DNA of 64,000 nt from Bradymonadia bacterium (GCA_046290225.1 JBKAGE010000034.1:480001-544000); one strand, 5' to 3'. Shown: positions 11,894-27,264, counted from the first letter of the stretch. Translations and numbers: made by a program. Notes: generated from the sequence alone by a model not told the origin.

Positions 11894-11922
11894 CGTATAG
11901 CACGGCCTCTGAGGACGAACAA
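11894..11922 (-). promoter_or_regulatory. Putative promoter for the OMP-OMP-HEAT-FlhG operon
   Basis: Minus strand TTGTTC-17-TATACG with extended TG. Confidence 0.45.
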
Positions 11923-11966
11923 GGCGAGGCGTCCGCTCGAGTGGCCGATGCCCCAGAAATCCCTCA

Positions 11967-13202
<1,236 letters not shown>

Positions 13203-13229
13203 GCTCTCTCCTTCCTCTACCGGCGCCGA

Positions 13230-16775
<3,546 letters not shown>

Positions 16776-16955
16776 GAGGTGACGGGGCGTTCGAGGGTCA
16801 GTGTCGGACCGACGGCTATTAACGCAGGACGCCGCTCAGAGCAATCAATCGGTGATTCTCGAAAAAACGTCGCCGCCCGGGGCTATCCCCACTGAGGCTG
16901 TGCGCCTGGCCCAACCTACTTGCCGCCCCACCACCAGTGCGTTAGCACTGCCCTC

Positions 16956-18806
16956 ATGAAAGATGCATTTGACGCAGTCGGCGCTGACGACGACATCAAG
17001 ATCAAGCGCCCCGCCCGCTGGCCCTGGCTCATCCTCCTCGCTGCCCTCGTGGGGGGCGGTGGTTACTACGGCTGGCAGCTGTCTCAAGCCCCCGAGCCGC
17101 TCAAGGTGCTCCTGGCCTTCGACGTCGAGGGGTACTGGTGGGAGGGCAGCACCGCAGCCGCCCGGATGACCGACGATGTCGCCGACACGCTCGCAGATCT
17201 GGGTTTTGACCCTGTGCGTGCAGGTACCCCGGAGGTCACCGAGATTTTGGAGGATGCGGAGAGCGTGCTCGCTGCGGCGAAAACCCTGAAGGCTGCCTTT
17301 GTGGTGAGTGGTCGATTCCCGCCGCAGGTCAACGAGCTGCCTGTGGCTGACGGCTACTTCGAGGTGCGGGGCATCGGTGATGTGCTGTTGCAGCATCAGA
17401 CCGACGACGCCCCTCAGGCCACGCTCCCCATCACCACATGGGCTGGGGCCACAGACAAGGACCGGGCCCTCAAATCTCTGGGCTCCAGCCTCGCCACGAA
17501 GACCTCGCCGCCGCTGGTGACCGCGCTGCTCAAGCACCCTACCCTACGGCCACTTCTGCAGAACAAGGCCACCGGGGGTGACGTCAACCTTCTGGCCAAG
17601 CTGGAGCCTGCCCGCAGCTACATGGGGGCCCGCAATCGCGCCCTCGACGAGGGCACCAAGGCCTACATCGCTCTGGGCAAACGACGGGACAAGGCCGAGA
17701 AGGGCCCCGTGCCGGTGAAACGCCACGCCAACATGTCCGCCGACGACGGCCTCGCAGGGACTGGGCCGCTGGGTCACCTTGTGAAGACGGAGCCGGAGTC
17801 ACTGTACGTGTCGATCTCCAGCAAGAAGCTCTACCGCCTCGAAGGCCTCGAGACGCTCGAGTGGCGCCCGGACGAGGGCGAAGCAAAGATCTTGTGGTCG
17901 GGATACAACGTGTACTCCTACCCTTCTGTGTCTTTGGGCGGCGACACGGTCATGCTGGTGGAGGATCTCTACGGTTGGGCCAAAGCCCTCACCCTCATCG
18001 ATGCCGAGGGCAAGAGCGAGCGCCTGCGCATCGACCCTGATCAGCGATACACCAGCCCCCAAGCTTCGCCCAAGGGCACCTACGCCGCCTTCTATGTGCG
18101 AGATTGTTACAAAACCTCGGAGTGCCCCACCCGTCTCGAGGCGCTGCGGGTGAGCGACGGCGAGGGCCTGATCTCCATCGAGCACGACGAGGGCAACTTC
18201 GAGGGCCGGGCTTTCGCCGACGACAAGACTCTGCTCTTCATGCACCGCTCGCGGAAGGCCACCCAGACCGCCATCATCGAGGGCGGAGGCACGGGAAGCG
18301 TCGATGGGCTCGAGGGTGGCTTGGAGCAGCCCGCCGACACCCTGTGGAAGGTGGATCTCAGCGCCTCGAAGCCCACCCCCGAGGTGCTCTGGACTGCGCC
18401 GAGCGCCTCCATGCGCACTGGCTGGCTCACCACGAGCGCCGATGGCAAGTGGGCCGCCTTCTCGGTCACCAGCCCGAGCGACGGCATCGGCCTCGTCGAT
18501 CTGAGCACTGGGGAGATGATCCTGCGACCGGTCACCGGCGCTCCGAGCGCCCCACGGTTCTCTCACGACAGCACCCGCATCACCTTCAACGCCGTACCCC
18601 CAGCGGAGCGGGACGAAGAGGTCTACGTCATGCCAGTGAGTGCCGGACCCGCGGTTCGGCTCACCGACAACTCGTTCCGAGATCGGTACCCCCACTTCGG
18701 CGCTGACGGCAGCCGCATCTACTTCGAGAGCCTCGATCGAGACCCCAATTTCCGACGCCGTGGGGTCTCGGTGATCAGCTCGGTGCCGTCCACGGTGAGC
18801 CAGTGA
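16956..18806 (+). CDS. Membrane-anchored TolB/PD40-like beta-propeller protein
   Basis: N-terminal TM helix and C-terminal repeats such as SPQASPKG, SADGKWAAF, APRFSHDSTRITF and YPHFGADGSRIYF. Confidence 0.65.
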   Translation: MKDAFDAVGADDDIKIKRPARWPWLILLAALVGGGGYYGWQLSQAPEPLKVLLAFDVEGYWWEGSTAAARMTDDVADTLADLGFDPVRAGTPEVTEILEDAESVLAAAKTLKAAFVVSGRFPPQVNELPVADGYFEVRGIGDVLLQHQTDDAPQATLPITTWAGATDKDRALKSLGSSLATKTSPPLVTALLKHPTLRPLLQNKATGGDVNLLAKLEPARSYMGARNRALDEGTKAYIALGKRRDKAEKGPVPVKRHANMSADDGLAGTGPLGHLVKTEPESLYVSISSKKLYRLEGLETLEWRPDEGEAKILWSGYNVYSYPSVSLGGDTVMLVEDLYGWAKALTLIDAEGKSERLRIDPDQRYTSPQASPKGTYAAFYVRDCYKTSECPTRLEALRVSDGEGLISIEHDEGNFEGRAFADDKTLLFMHRSRKATQTAIIEGGGTGSVDGLEGGLEQPADTLWKVDLSASKPTPEVLWTAPSASMRTGWLTTSADGKWAAFSVTSPSDGIGLVDLSTGEMILRPVTGAPSAPRFSHDSTRITFNAVPPAERDEEVYVMPVSAGPAVRLTDNSFRDRYPHFGADGSRIYFESLDRDPNFRRRGVSVISSVPSTVSQ

Positions 18807-20935
18807 GCGCACCGGAGCCCAACGCCCCGGACACTGATGGGGAGATCGACGCCTTCGATCCTGCGGCGTTGAGGCTGCGCAGCCGTACCCGCTGGGGCGC
18901 CGCCCTCATCGCCCTGGCCACCCTGCTGCCCTACGAGATCATCGACGGCCAGCCGCAGTTCCCATGGCACCTCATGGGCGAGCTGCACCCCGCAGGGCTG
19001 GTGGCCTACCTCGCCCCCTTCGTGGCGGGTCTGGTGATCCTGGTGGCTTCGCTCAAGATGCGCTCCGTCCTTGGGCTCGCCCTTACATCGTTGACCGCCC
19101 TCGGAAGCGCGGCGATTTGCATCCGTCTCGGCGCCCATGTCAGCGAGTGGGACGTCATGCCGCTGCCTGAGGTCCTGGCACAGCGGCCCACGGCCTCGGT
19201 GCTCGCCCTGGCCCTCGTCGCAGCAGGATCCAACCTCTGCTTTCGAGAGAAGACCCGGCAGGTGGGCAAGGCGCTGCTCGTGGGCGCCCTTGTGGTGGCG
19301 GTGCTTTTCTATGCCTGGCCAGATCAGGGCCAGACCCCCATCGAAGCCATCGCCGGCGCCATGGACACCATGATGACCCTGCCTGACTGGCGTATGCGGT
19401 TGGGCTCTCTGGTGCTGGCCACCCTGGTGCTGTGGCCGGGCATCGTAGCGTTGGTGGGTCTGTACCCCATGAACTTCCCACCGAAGGACGATCATCCCGT
19501 GGTGGGCCTCGTGGCGCTGTACGGCTACCCGTTGCTCCTCGGCATGTTCGTGTTCCGTACCCTGGTGGCCTTGCCTGATCCCTGGGCGGTCTACAACGGC
19601 GTCGGTGGGGTGGTGGTCATGGTGGGCCTGCTGGTGGTCCTCACCTCCTCCATCGAGGTCATCGCAGACCATGGCTTCTCTCGACCGAGCTTTCTCAAGA
19701 CGCCGAAGGTGCCCTTCGCCATCGCCGGTGGCGTGCTGGTGGTGGTCACCGTGATTCAGGGTGTTCTGGCCCAACCCCCGGAGAAGGGCGTGGACTGGAC
19801 GCTCAAGCCTCCCTCGCCTGAAGGCGACGCGCTGTTCCGGGACGCGCTGCCGGAGTGGAGCTTCGCCCGGCTGCGCTGGGATCGTCGAGTGCGAGATCAC
19901 AGCAGTGCCCAGGCGACCGTACAGCTGAAAGCCGCAGCGCGTAATGTGAAGGAGGCTGCCCGAGCCCTCAGCCCGGAGATCGGCGAGGCCTTTACCGCCC
20001 TCGCCCGAGAGGCCCGACAGCTCGATCTCGCCGGGCGTCGCTGGTATCGCCTGATCGCCGATCTCAACGCCACCCTTCAGCGGTCAGGGCAGCCGTACTA
20101 TCTCGATCCCACGGTGCGCATCTACAAGTCTGCCGGCGGCCTCAAGCGTCACTTCAGGGTCCGCAGCTATCGTGTCCAGAAAGTCAGGCGGTTCGAGCTG
20201 GCCAGCGATCCCGGCGGCGCTCAATATGCAGCGCTCCGGGTGACGCGCATCGACACCTCGCGGGGGGCGGACACGCGGTTGGGGTTCTCCCGAGATCTGC
20301 AACCCTTCGCCCTGGTCATCGAAGATGAGGTCGAAGACTTCCGCACCGCTCTGCTCGAGGGGCTCGACAGCGAGCCGCCCATCTGCGGCACTGAGCTTGA
20401 GCTGAGCAGCCACCCGGCGATGATGGCCTGTGGGGATCTGCTCACCACCCTCGCCGGGCCCGATGGCATGGCCGCCGAGACCCTGTCGAAGATGATCGTG
20501 GCCACCACTGAGCGCCATGAGATCCAGCATCAGATCGACGGTCCCCATCTGCCCCTCTCCAGGGCGGTGATCGATCACATGACCCGCTATGGCGAAAAGA
20601 CCCAGCGCCGCGTGAACCGTGAGCTGTCGGCCTATCTCGCCGAGCTGACCACCAGCGAGGCCTCCCCGAAGGTGGGTCTCGTCCACCTGACCCGCTTCGC
20701 CGCCTCTCCGAGGTTCGGCGCCGAGCATCACGTGGCGCTGCTGGCCCTCGAGGCCATGAGCGGCAAACACACCACTGATGCCCTGGGCGACGCCTCACCC
20801 ACGGGGGTCACCGAAGCTTTTCGCACGCTCTCAGCCCTGGACGACGCGGCCTTGCGGGTCCTGGCCGCCGAGGCCTGGGGCGAGCTCTTCGACGCAGAAC
20901 TGCCCCGCCTCGTCCCCCTCGATCCACAGCGCTGA
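18803..20935 (+). CDS. Hypothetical polytopic membrane protein with C-terminal HExxH..E motif
   Basis: About 9 hydrophobic segments, then a soluble domain with ERHEIQHQ..RELSAYLAE. GTGA overlap with the upstream gene. Confidence 0.65.
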   Translation: MSAPEPNAPDTDGEIDAFDPAALRLRSRTRWGAALIALATLLPYEIIDGQPQFPWHLMGELHPAGLVAYLAPFVAGLVILVASLKMRSVLGLALTSLTALGSAAICIRLGAHVSEWDVMPLPEVLAQRPTASVLALALVAAGSNLCFREKTRQVGKALLVGALVVAVLFYAWPDQGQTPIEAIAGAMDTMMTLPDWRMRLGSLVLATLVLWPGIVALVGLYPMNFPPKDDHPVVGLVALYGYPLLLGMFVFRTLVALPDPWAVYNGVGGVVVMVGLLVVLTSSIEVIADHGFSRPSFLKTPKVPFAIAGGVLVVVTVIQGVLAQPPEKGVDWTLKPPSPEGDALFRDALPEWSFARLRWDRRVRDHSSAQATVQLKAAARNVKEAARALSPEIGEAFTALAREARQLDLAGRRWYRLIADLNATLQRSGQPYYLDPTVRIYKSAGGLKRHFRVRSYRVQKVRRFELASDPGGAQYAALRVTRIDTSRGADTRLGFSRDLQPFALVIEDEVEDFRTALLEGLDSEPPICGTELELSSHPAMMACGDLLTTLAGPDGMAAETLSKMIVATTERHEIQHQIDGPHLPLSRAVIDHMTRYGEKTQRRVNRELSAYLAELTTSEASPKVGLVHLTRFAASPRFGAEHHVALLALEAMSGKHTTDALGDASPTGVTEAFRTLSALDDAALRVLAAEAWGELFDAELPRLVPLDPQR

Positions 20936-20944
20936 GGGCAGCCG

Positions 20945-23308
20945 GTGCCTCGACACCCTCTCGATGCCCTCATCCGGGCCATCAGCCCCCTGGTGATCAA
21001 GGCGCCGTGGCAGATCCTCGCCATCGCCCTCGCCATGGCCGTGCTCATGGCTTTCGCCGCCCGCCCCATGTCGGTGCGATCCGATCTCGACGCCCTGCTC
21101 CCCAGCAACAGCCCCTCTCTCGTGGCTCAACGAGCGCTCAAGCAACGCCTCGGCGGCTCCGACGTGCTCATCATCACCCTCGAGGCCCGGGATACCCGGC
21201 TGATCCGCGAGCAGCTCGCCGAGGTGGCCGCAGCTGTGGCGCAGCATGAGGAGATCCGCGCGGTGGAGTGGCACCTCGATCTCGGGGTGTTGCGGCGAAA
21301 CGCGTTGATTCTGGTGCCCTCCCTCGCGGATCTGGAGGGCGCCGCGGAGACCCTCACCGCCCTCGTAAAGGGTCAGGTGAAATCCGCTCTGGGGCTGCTC
21401 GACGGGCCGGAAGTCCCAAGGACCGGGCCCCCCCCCGATCTCGAGGCTCAGGGTGAGGTGCTCAATGATCTCATCGCCCGACTGACCTGGGCCGCTGGTC
21501 AGGATCGAGAGTACTTCGAGGCCCGCCGCCACACGGCGATCTCCTTGCTGGCCTTGCCCGTGGGCTCGCCGAGAGATGTGCGCTATGCCCGACGTCTCGT
21601 GGCCGATGTGAAGCCTCTGGTGACCGCCGCCGTAGAGAAGGTGCTCGGTCCCGTGGGCCCGGAAGGCAAAGTCACCTCCATCGCCTTCGACGGCCGCTAC
21701 GTGAGCATCGCCCGAGAGGCGGCCACGCTGTGGCGTCGTGTGCGTCGCATCGGCTTGCCCGTGGCCTTGGGCTCGCTGCTCCTGCTCGCGCTCTATACAC
21801 GCCGCTTGTCGGCCATGACCCTGGTGTGCCTGCCCACGGCCTGGGTGGGGGTGATCTACAGCGGGCTGGTCTCCTTCGTGATGGGCGATCTCGACCTCAT
21901 GACCGTGTCGCTCTATCTGCTGATCCTGCTGCAAGGGATCATGAACGGACTCTATCTCTGGAGAACATATGGCGAGGCCCGAGCCCACGGCTGGTCCGAG
22001 GTCGAGGCTTTGCAGGCCACCCTCGCCGCCCCTGGACGCCGGTGTGTCGTGGCCGCCCTCGTGCTGGCGCTCAGCCTGATGCTGTTGATGCTCTCCGACT
22101 CCCCTGGTGTGCGGCGGCTCGCGGGGTTCGGCGCCCTCAGCGCTCTGCTCGGGGCGCTGAGCGTGCTCTTCGTGGCCCCCGCCCTCATCCGTGTGCTCAA
22201 GCCCGGCCAGCCCTCCACAGTGGGCGATCGCTGGCGCCCTCGGCCCGTGGTGGCCATCGGGGTGTCACTCCTGGCCCTCGCGGCGGCCTTCTTCGCCGGT
22301 ACACAGCTTCAACTGAGCACAGACCTGCGACACATGGGCACGGTGACCCCGAGCCCCCCGGCCATCGCCTTGTTGGGCACTGGCGCCCCGGCCTTGAAGG
22401 CGCCGGTCATCCTGCTCACTGAAGACGCTGAGGCCGCCGAGCGTGTCCGCCGGCGCCTGCCCATCGGTGGAGATCGGCGAGGATCCACGCTGTTGGATGG
22501 TGCCGCCGCCCTCAGCGATGTGTTGCCCCGCGATCAAGCTCGCCGGCTCACCGCGGCCAGGCGCATCTGCAAGTGGCTCAGTCGCAAGGGGGCGTTGTTG
22601 CCCAACCTCGACGCCGAAGGGCTCGCCGTGCTGCTGGCGCATTGTGATCCTCACCCCATCACCGAGCCAGATCTGCCCGCCTGGATCAGACATCAGTTCA
22701 CTGATCGACAGGGTCGGCTGGGCGCCCACATCTTCGTCTTCCCTCGGGGCTCGGCCCTCGACGGCACCGCGGCGCTGGCCCTCCACGATCTGGTGAACAC
22801 GCTGAAGGCATCCGAAGCTCGGCTTCAGGCTGCAGGGGGCGCCTTCATCTGGGCCGAGGTGCTCCTCGATCTCCAAGGCGATCAATGGCTGCTCTTGCTG
22901 AGCCTTCTGACAGTGCCCTTGTGGGTCTGGCTGCTCACGGGCCGCTTTGGACACAGCGTGCTGATGAGCGCCGCCCCCGTGCTCTCGATGGCCCTCACTC
23001 TCGGGCTCCTGGCGCTCTTCGGCAGACCGTTGGCGCTCTTCGACGCCCTGCTGTGGCCCAGCGCTCTGGCCCTCTGCCTCACCCTGAGCGCTCACCGCGC
23101 AGGTGGGGGCTCCCCCTGGCTGCTCTGCGCCATGCTCGTCCCCAGCGCTGCGGGCCTCACCCTTCTGGGCAACGGCGGCCTCGCCTCGGGGGGCCAGGTG
23201 CTCATCGTGCTCCTCGGCGTCGTCGCCGGTGTAGAGTGGTCCCTCAGGGGGGTGAGCAGCATCCCTCAGTTGCCTGCCCTTGCCTCGAGGCCCGCTTCGG
23301 ACCGATAA
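20945..23308 (+). CDS. MMPL/RND-family membrane protein (divergent)
   Basis: Two-repeat topology TM1, periplasmic loop (SDLDALLPSNSPS), five TMs, repeated twice. Confidence 0.7.
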   Translation: MPRHPLDALIRAISPLVIKAPWQILAIALAMAVLMAFAARPMSVRSDLDALLPSNSPSLVAQRALKQRLGGSDVLIITLEARDTRLIREQLAEVAAAVAQHEEIRAVEWHLDLGVLRRNALILVPSLADLEGAAETLTALVKGQVKSALGLLDGPEVPRTGPPPDLEAQGEVLNDLIARLTWAAGQDREYFEARRHTAISLLALPVGSPRDVRYARRLVADVKPLVTAAVEKVLGPVGPEGKVTSIAFDGRYVSIAREAATLWRRVRRIGLPVALGSLLLLALYTRRLSAMTLVCLPTAWVGVIYSGLVSFVMGDLDLMTVSLYLLILLQGIMNGLYLWRTYGEARAHGWSEVEALQATLAAPGRRCVVAALVLALSLMLLMLSDSPGVRRLAGFGALSALLGALSVLFVAPALIRVLKPGQPSTVGDRWRPRPVVAIGVSLLALAAAFFAGTQLQLSTDLRHMGTVTPSPPAIALLGTGAPALKAPVILLTEDAEAAERVRRRLPIGGDRRGSTLLDGAAALSDVLPRDQARRLTAARRICKWLSRKGALLPNLDAEGLAVLLAHCDPHPITEPDLPAWIRHQFTDRQGRLGAHIFVFPRGSALDGTAALALHDLVNTLKASEARLQAAGGAFIWAEVLLDLQGDQWLLLLSLLTVPLWVWLLTGRFGHSVLMSAAPVLSMALTLGLLALFGRPLALFDALLWPSALALCLTLSAHRAGGGSPWLLCAMLVPSAAGLTLLGNGGLASGGQVLIVLLGVVAGVEWSLRGVSSIPQLPALASRPASDR

Positions 23309-23352
23309 GAGCCTGAGAGCATTCCGGCACGTTCAGATCCTCAGGAGCCCCC

Positions 23353-24426
23353 ATGACCGCCCCCCTCACCCTCACGCAGTACACCTTCGAAGGCAGCCCC
23401 ACTGAGATCGGCCACGGCCTCGGCGAGACCCTCAGAGATCAGATCAAGGCCTTCACCGAGGTGCGCTTCGCCGCGGTAAAGCGCTACGCCGCTGATCGCG
23501 GTCGCGAGACGGTGGACGGCATCATGGAGATCGGCGCCCAGTGCCAGCAGATGTACGCCCAGTGGGATCCAGAGGGCTACGCCGAGCACGTGGCCATCGC
23601 CGAAGGGGCTGGCCTCGCCCCCCTCGACCTCTACGTCACCACCAACATGACCGACGTGCGCGACGTGCTGCTGCTCAGCGCCGGCGCCGAAGAAGAAGGC
23701 TGCAGCTCGGTGTTGTTGCCCAAGGGCCGCACCACCACCGGCGAGGCCCTCGTGGGTCAGACCTGGGATCTCAACCCCACTGACGTGGAGTTCATCGTCG
23801 GGATCCACCGCAAGCCCACCGAGAGCCCAGAGACGTGGTCCATGACCTGCACGGGCTGTCTGACCCTCATCGGCATGAACAGCAACGGCCTCGCTGTAGG
23901 CACCACCAACATCAAGGTGAAGGGATCACGTCCGGGGGTCTGCTACCTCGACATCCTGCACCGCATGATCCGTTGCCCTGACGCCGAAGCCGCCTCGGCC
24001 ATCGTCTCCAATGCGCCTCGTGCCGGCGCCCACACCTACTGGATCGCCGACGCGCAGCAGCAGCTGGAGTGGGAGGCGAGCCCCCTCGACGCCGTGAAGC
24101 GCGTCGCCGGCCCAGGCACGGTGCACCGGACCAACCACTGCCTCGTGCCCACCCATGTCGAGGCTCAGGGCGAGCAGCCCGGCGAGAGCAGCAAGGCCCG
24201 CTTCGCCCGCATCGAGCACCTGCTCGGTCAGGGCCCCATGGGTTTTGAAGGTCTAAAAGGGTTGTTTGCCGACCGCGCCGACGGCGTGCTCAGCGTGAAC
24301 CGCTACCCAGAAGACGATCAGGGCACCACCACCAACGGGGTGTTCATCGCCGAGCCGGCGACGAAGCGGCTGTGGGCCTGTCGCGGGCCTGCAGATCGGG
24401 CGGAGTGGGTGAGCTTCTCGTTCTGA
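23353..24426 (+). CDS. C45 family autoproteolytic acyltransferase/hydrolase (Ntn)
   Basis: GSPTEIGHGLG, E-G-C-S nucleophile site, GQTWD, GMNSNGL and RTNH. Confidence 0.85.
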   Translation: MTAPLTLTQYTFEGSPTEIGHGLGETLRDQIKAFTEVRFAAVKRYAADRGRETVDGIMEIGAQCQQMYAQWDPEGYAEHVAIAEGAGLAPLDLYVTTNMTDVRDVLLLSAGAEEEGCSSVLLPKGRTTTGEALVGQTWDLNPTDVEFIVGIHRKPTESPETWSMTCTGCLTLIGMNSNGLAVGTTNIKVKGSRPGVCYLDILHRMIRCPDAEAASAIVSNAPRAGAHTYWIADAQQQLEWEASPLDAVKRVAGPGTVHRTNHCLVPTHVEAQGEQPGESSKARFARIEHLLGQGPMGFEGLKGLFADRADGVLSVNRYPEDDQGTTTNGVFIAEPATKRLWACRGPADRAEWVSFSF

Positions 24427-24473
24427 GCAGACGCTCAGTCGCTGTTCGCCCAAATGAAGCGCACCCCCCTGCC

Positions 24474-24998
24474 TCAGAAGGCCACACCAAATGACAGCTC
24501 TGGATACACGCGGTCACAGCTCTCCAGATTGTTCTCCTCACAGCCGCTCGTGTACTGCTCGTACACCGCGCCAAGGCCGAAGAAGCCCAGACCACCCTGC
24601 AACAAGATGATGCCCCCTCGGGCACCCACCGAGCTCAGATCCTCGAAGGGCTCTCCGAGGAACACGTTGCGGTAAAACACCCCGACATAAGGATTCACCC
24701 CACCTAGACTCAGCACGTATCGCGCAGTGGGACTGATCGACGACTGGCTCGGATCAGCATTGAAGTAGTGCTCGGCGTCCAAACCGATCTCCAGGCCATC
24801 AGCGATGAAATAGCCCGCACCAAGGCCCACGAAAATCACCGATGTATCACCGCCCAGGGGCGTCGCGCTCCCGCCACCCAGGGAGAGCCTCACCCGGCCC
24901 TTGTCGAAGGGCGTGGATCGCTGCGCGGAGGCAACACCCGCCAGCAGGCCGAGGCACACGAGAGAGAGACACGCAGACAAAACGAAATGGCGACGCAC
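24474..24998 (-). CDS. Small outer-membrane beta-barrel protein
   Basis: Signal peptide, amphipathic strands (GLGAGYFIADGLEIG, PYVGVFY) and C-terminal Phe. Confidence 0.65.
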   Translation of the reverse strand: MRRHFVLSACLSLVCLGLLAGVASAQRSTPFDKGRVRLSLGGGSATPLGGDTSVIFVGLGAGYFIADGLEIGLDAEHYFNADPSQSSISPTARYVLSLGGVNPYVGVFYRNVFLGEPFEDLSSVGARGGIILLQGGLGFFGLGAVYEQYTSGCEENNLESCDRVYPELSFGVAF

Positions 24999-25120
24999 AG
25001 CGAAGCTCCGAGGCAGTGAATCCAGAGGACGGGAAGATTATCACCAATCTTCCAATGTTGTGCCGCCGGTGATGCGAGGGTGCTTGCCCTCTCTTGGAGT
25101 GAACGGTAAACCAACTGCCT

Positions 25121-25801
25121 ATGATTCAGCTTCAAAACGTGAGCAAGCGGTACAAGACCGCCGCTCAAGACGAATTCGCGCTCCGAGGTGTGAGCCTCTC
25201 CATCGGCGAGGGCGAGCTCACCGCCATCGTGGGCACCTCGGGCTCTGGCAAGACCACCCTGCTCAACCTCATCGGCGGCCTCGATCGCAGCTATGAGGGT
25301 GTTGTCTCCGTGGGCGGCCAGGATCTCGGCAAACTCTCCGACAAGGCCCTGGCTCAGTTTCGGAACCAGCACATCGGCTTTGTGTTTCAGCAGTTCAGCC
25401 TGCTCGATCACCGCACAGTGTTGGAGAACGTGCTGCTGCCCACCCACTTCGCCAAGGGGGTCGACATCGGCGCCCTCACGACGCGGGCGAGGGAGACGCT
25501 CACCGATCTCGGCCTCGGGGCGAAGATCAACGAGCGGCCCAGCAACCTCAGCGGCGGGCAGAAGCAGCGGGTGGCCATCGCCAGGGCGTTGCTCTTCAAG
25601 CCCAAGCTGTTGTTGTGCGACGAGCCCACCGGCAGCCTCGACACCAAGACCGGCCAGCAGATCATCGATCTCTTCGGCACCCTCAACGACGAGGGCTACA
25701 CCGTGGTGATCATCACCCACGAGGCCAGGGTCTCCGAGGCCGCCCGACGGGTGGTGCGCATCGAAGATGGCCAGATCGTCGACGCGGGAGGTGCCGCATG
25801 A
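25121..25801 (+). CDS. ABC transporter ATP-binding protein (LolD/MacB-like)
   Basis: [25 protein letters not shown] and DEPTGSLD. Putative TTGCCC-17-TAAACC promoter just upstream. Confidence 0.93.
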   Translation: MIQLQNVSKRYKTAAQDEFALRGVSLSIGEGELTAIVGTSGSGKTTLLNLIGGLDRSYEGVVSVGGQDLGKLSDKALAQFRNQHIGFVFQQFSLLDHRTVLENVLLPTHFAKGVDIGALTTRARETLTDLGLGAKINERPSNLSGGQKQRVAIARALLFKPKLLLCDEPTGSLDTKTGQQIIDLFGTLNDEGYTVVIITHEARVSEAARRVVRIEDGQIVDAGGAA

Positions 25802-27264
25802 GCCCCGGACGGCTGCTGTCTCTCGTCGGACAGAACATCAAGCGCTCTCGGAAGAACTTCCTGATGAGCGGCATCGGCATCGTGGTCGGCGTGGCCACCT
25901 TCGTGTTCTTCATGGGCCTCGGTGAGGGCATCAAGAACGTGGTCCTCGGCCGCATCTTCCTCATCGACCAGGTCGAGGTGGTGAAGAAGACCTTCGACAC
26001 CGGCATCATCCAGACCGACAGCATCATGGGCTTCGGGGCGAGCAAATCGCTCAACGACGATCTTGTGGAAGCCTTCAAGGAGATCCCTGGCATCAAGGGG
26101 GTCTACCCCAAGATGAAGTTCACCTTCCCCACCACGGGCTGGGGCGGAAAGTCCATCGTGGGCAAGGACATCCGCACGGTGATCTTCGCCGACGGCCTCG
26201 ACCCGGAGCTGGTGAAAGACGAGCTCAGCGACCCGAACGTCTTCGTGGATTACGACGCCCCCCGCAGCTGCAGCAGCGACAACGACTGCTACCCCCACCA
26301 GCAGTGCGCCGAGCAAAAATGCGAGAAGCGGGCGTGTGATCACACCCTCTCGAAGAAGGAGCGCACCGAAGCCTGCCCCGGCAAGAGCTACTGCCCTCGG
26401 GACACCGATCAGTGCGAGATGCCCATCCCCGCCATCGTGAGCAACGGGCTGCTCGAGATCGTCAACGGCAGCCTGCGCACCGCCATGACCACCAAGCGGC
26501 GCAAGATCCCCCGCATCTCGCCAAAGGTGCTCACCAACCTGTCCGGGCACCTGGGCCTCGGCAAGAGCTACCTCGGCAGAGCCGATCGCAAGAAACCCCT
26601 GACCCGGCGGGCCAACCTCGTGGGCCTGAGCGATCGCGCCATCGACCTGGGGCTCACCATCCCCATCGGCTACGTCAAACGCCTCAACGCCCGCTTCAGC
26701 GGCGCCAAGGCCGGCAACGAGTACCACTCCATTTTGATTCAGGTGAAAGACCAGACCCAGGTCCCCGCCATCACCAACAAGGTGCGGGAGATGGGCTACG
26801 ACATCGCCGACAAGACCGAGAACGCCGAGCGGGCCGCGGACATCATCCGCACCATCGAGGGCGTCTTCGGGCTGGTGAGCGTGGTCATCATCGGCATCGC
26901 CGCCATCAACATCAGCCAGATGTTCTTCATGATCATCTATCAGCGGAAGCGGGAGATCGGGTTGCTGCGCGCTTTGGGCGCCGGCCGCGGCGACATCCGC
27001 AACATCATTCTCAGCGAGGCCGCCATCATCGGCCTGTTCGCCGGGGCCATCGGCGCCGCTACGGGCTACGGGCTCGCCCGCCTCGCGGACTTCGTCGCCG
27101 GCAAACTGCCCGACTTCCCCTTCAAGCCTGACACCTTCTTCGAGTTCCCGTTGTGGGTGTGGTTCGCCGCCCTCGGCGGGGCCATGTTGTTCTGTCTCTT
27201 CGGGGCCTTCTTCCCCGCCCGCGCCGCTGCGCGACAGGAGCCCGCCGCCGCCCTCACTCAGTGA
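25798..27264 (+). CDS. ABC transporter permease (MacB/FtsX family) with Cys-rich periplasmic insert
   Basis: Start ATG 25798 overlaps the ATPase stop. GIVVGVA TM1, QRKREIGLLRALGA and FPARAAARQEP. Confidence 0.88.
   Translation: MSPGRLLSLVGQNIKRSRKNFLMSGIGIVVGVATFVFFMGLGEGIKNVVLGRIFLIDQVEVVKKTFDTGIIQTDSIMGFGASKSLNDDLVEAFKEIPGIKGVYPKMKFTFPTTGWGGKSIVGKDIRTVIFADGLDPELVKDELSDPNVFVDYDAPRSCSSDNDCYPHQQCAEQKCEKRACDHTLSKKERTEACPGKSYCPRDTDQCEMPIPAIVSNGLLEIVNGSLRTAMTTKRRKIPRISPKVLTNLSGHLGLGKSYLGRADRKKPLTRRANLVGLSDRAIDLGLTIPIGYVKRLNARFSGAKAGNEYHSILIQVKDQTQVPAITNKVREMGYDIADKTENAERAADIIRTIEGVFGLVSVVIIGIAAINISQMFFMIIYQRKREIGLLRALGAGRGDIRNIILSEAAIIGLFAGAIGAATGYGLARLADFVAGKLPDFPFKPDTFFEFPLWVWFAALGGAMLFCLFGAFFPARAAARQEPAAALTQ

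Noticed and set aside
16942..16968. TTAGCACTG CIRCE half-site
   Set aside because: No matching right arm, and not upstream of a chaperone gene.
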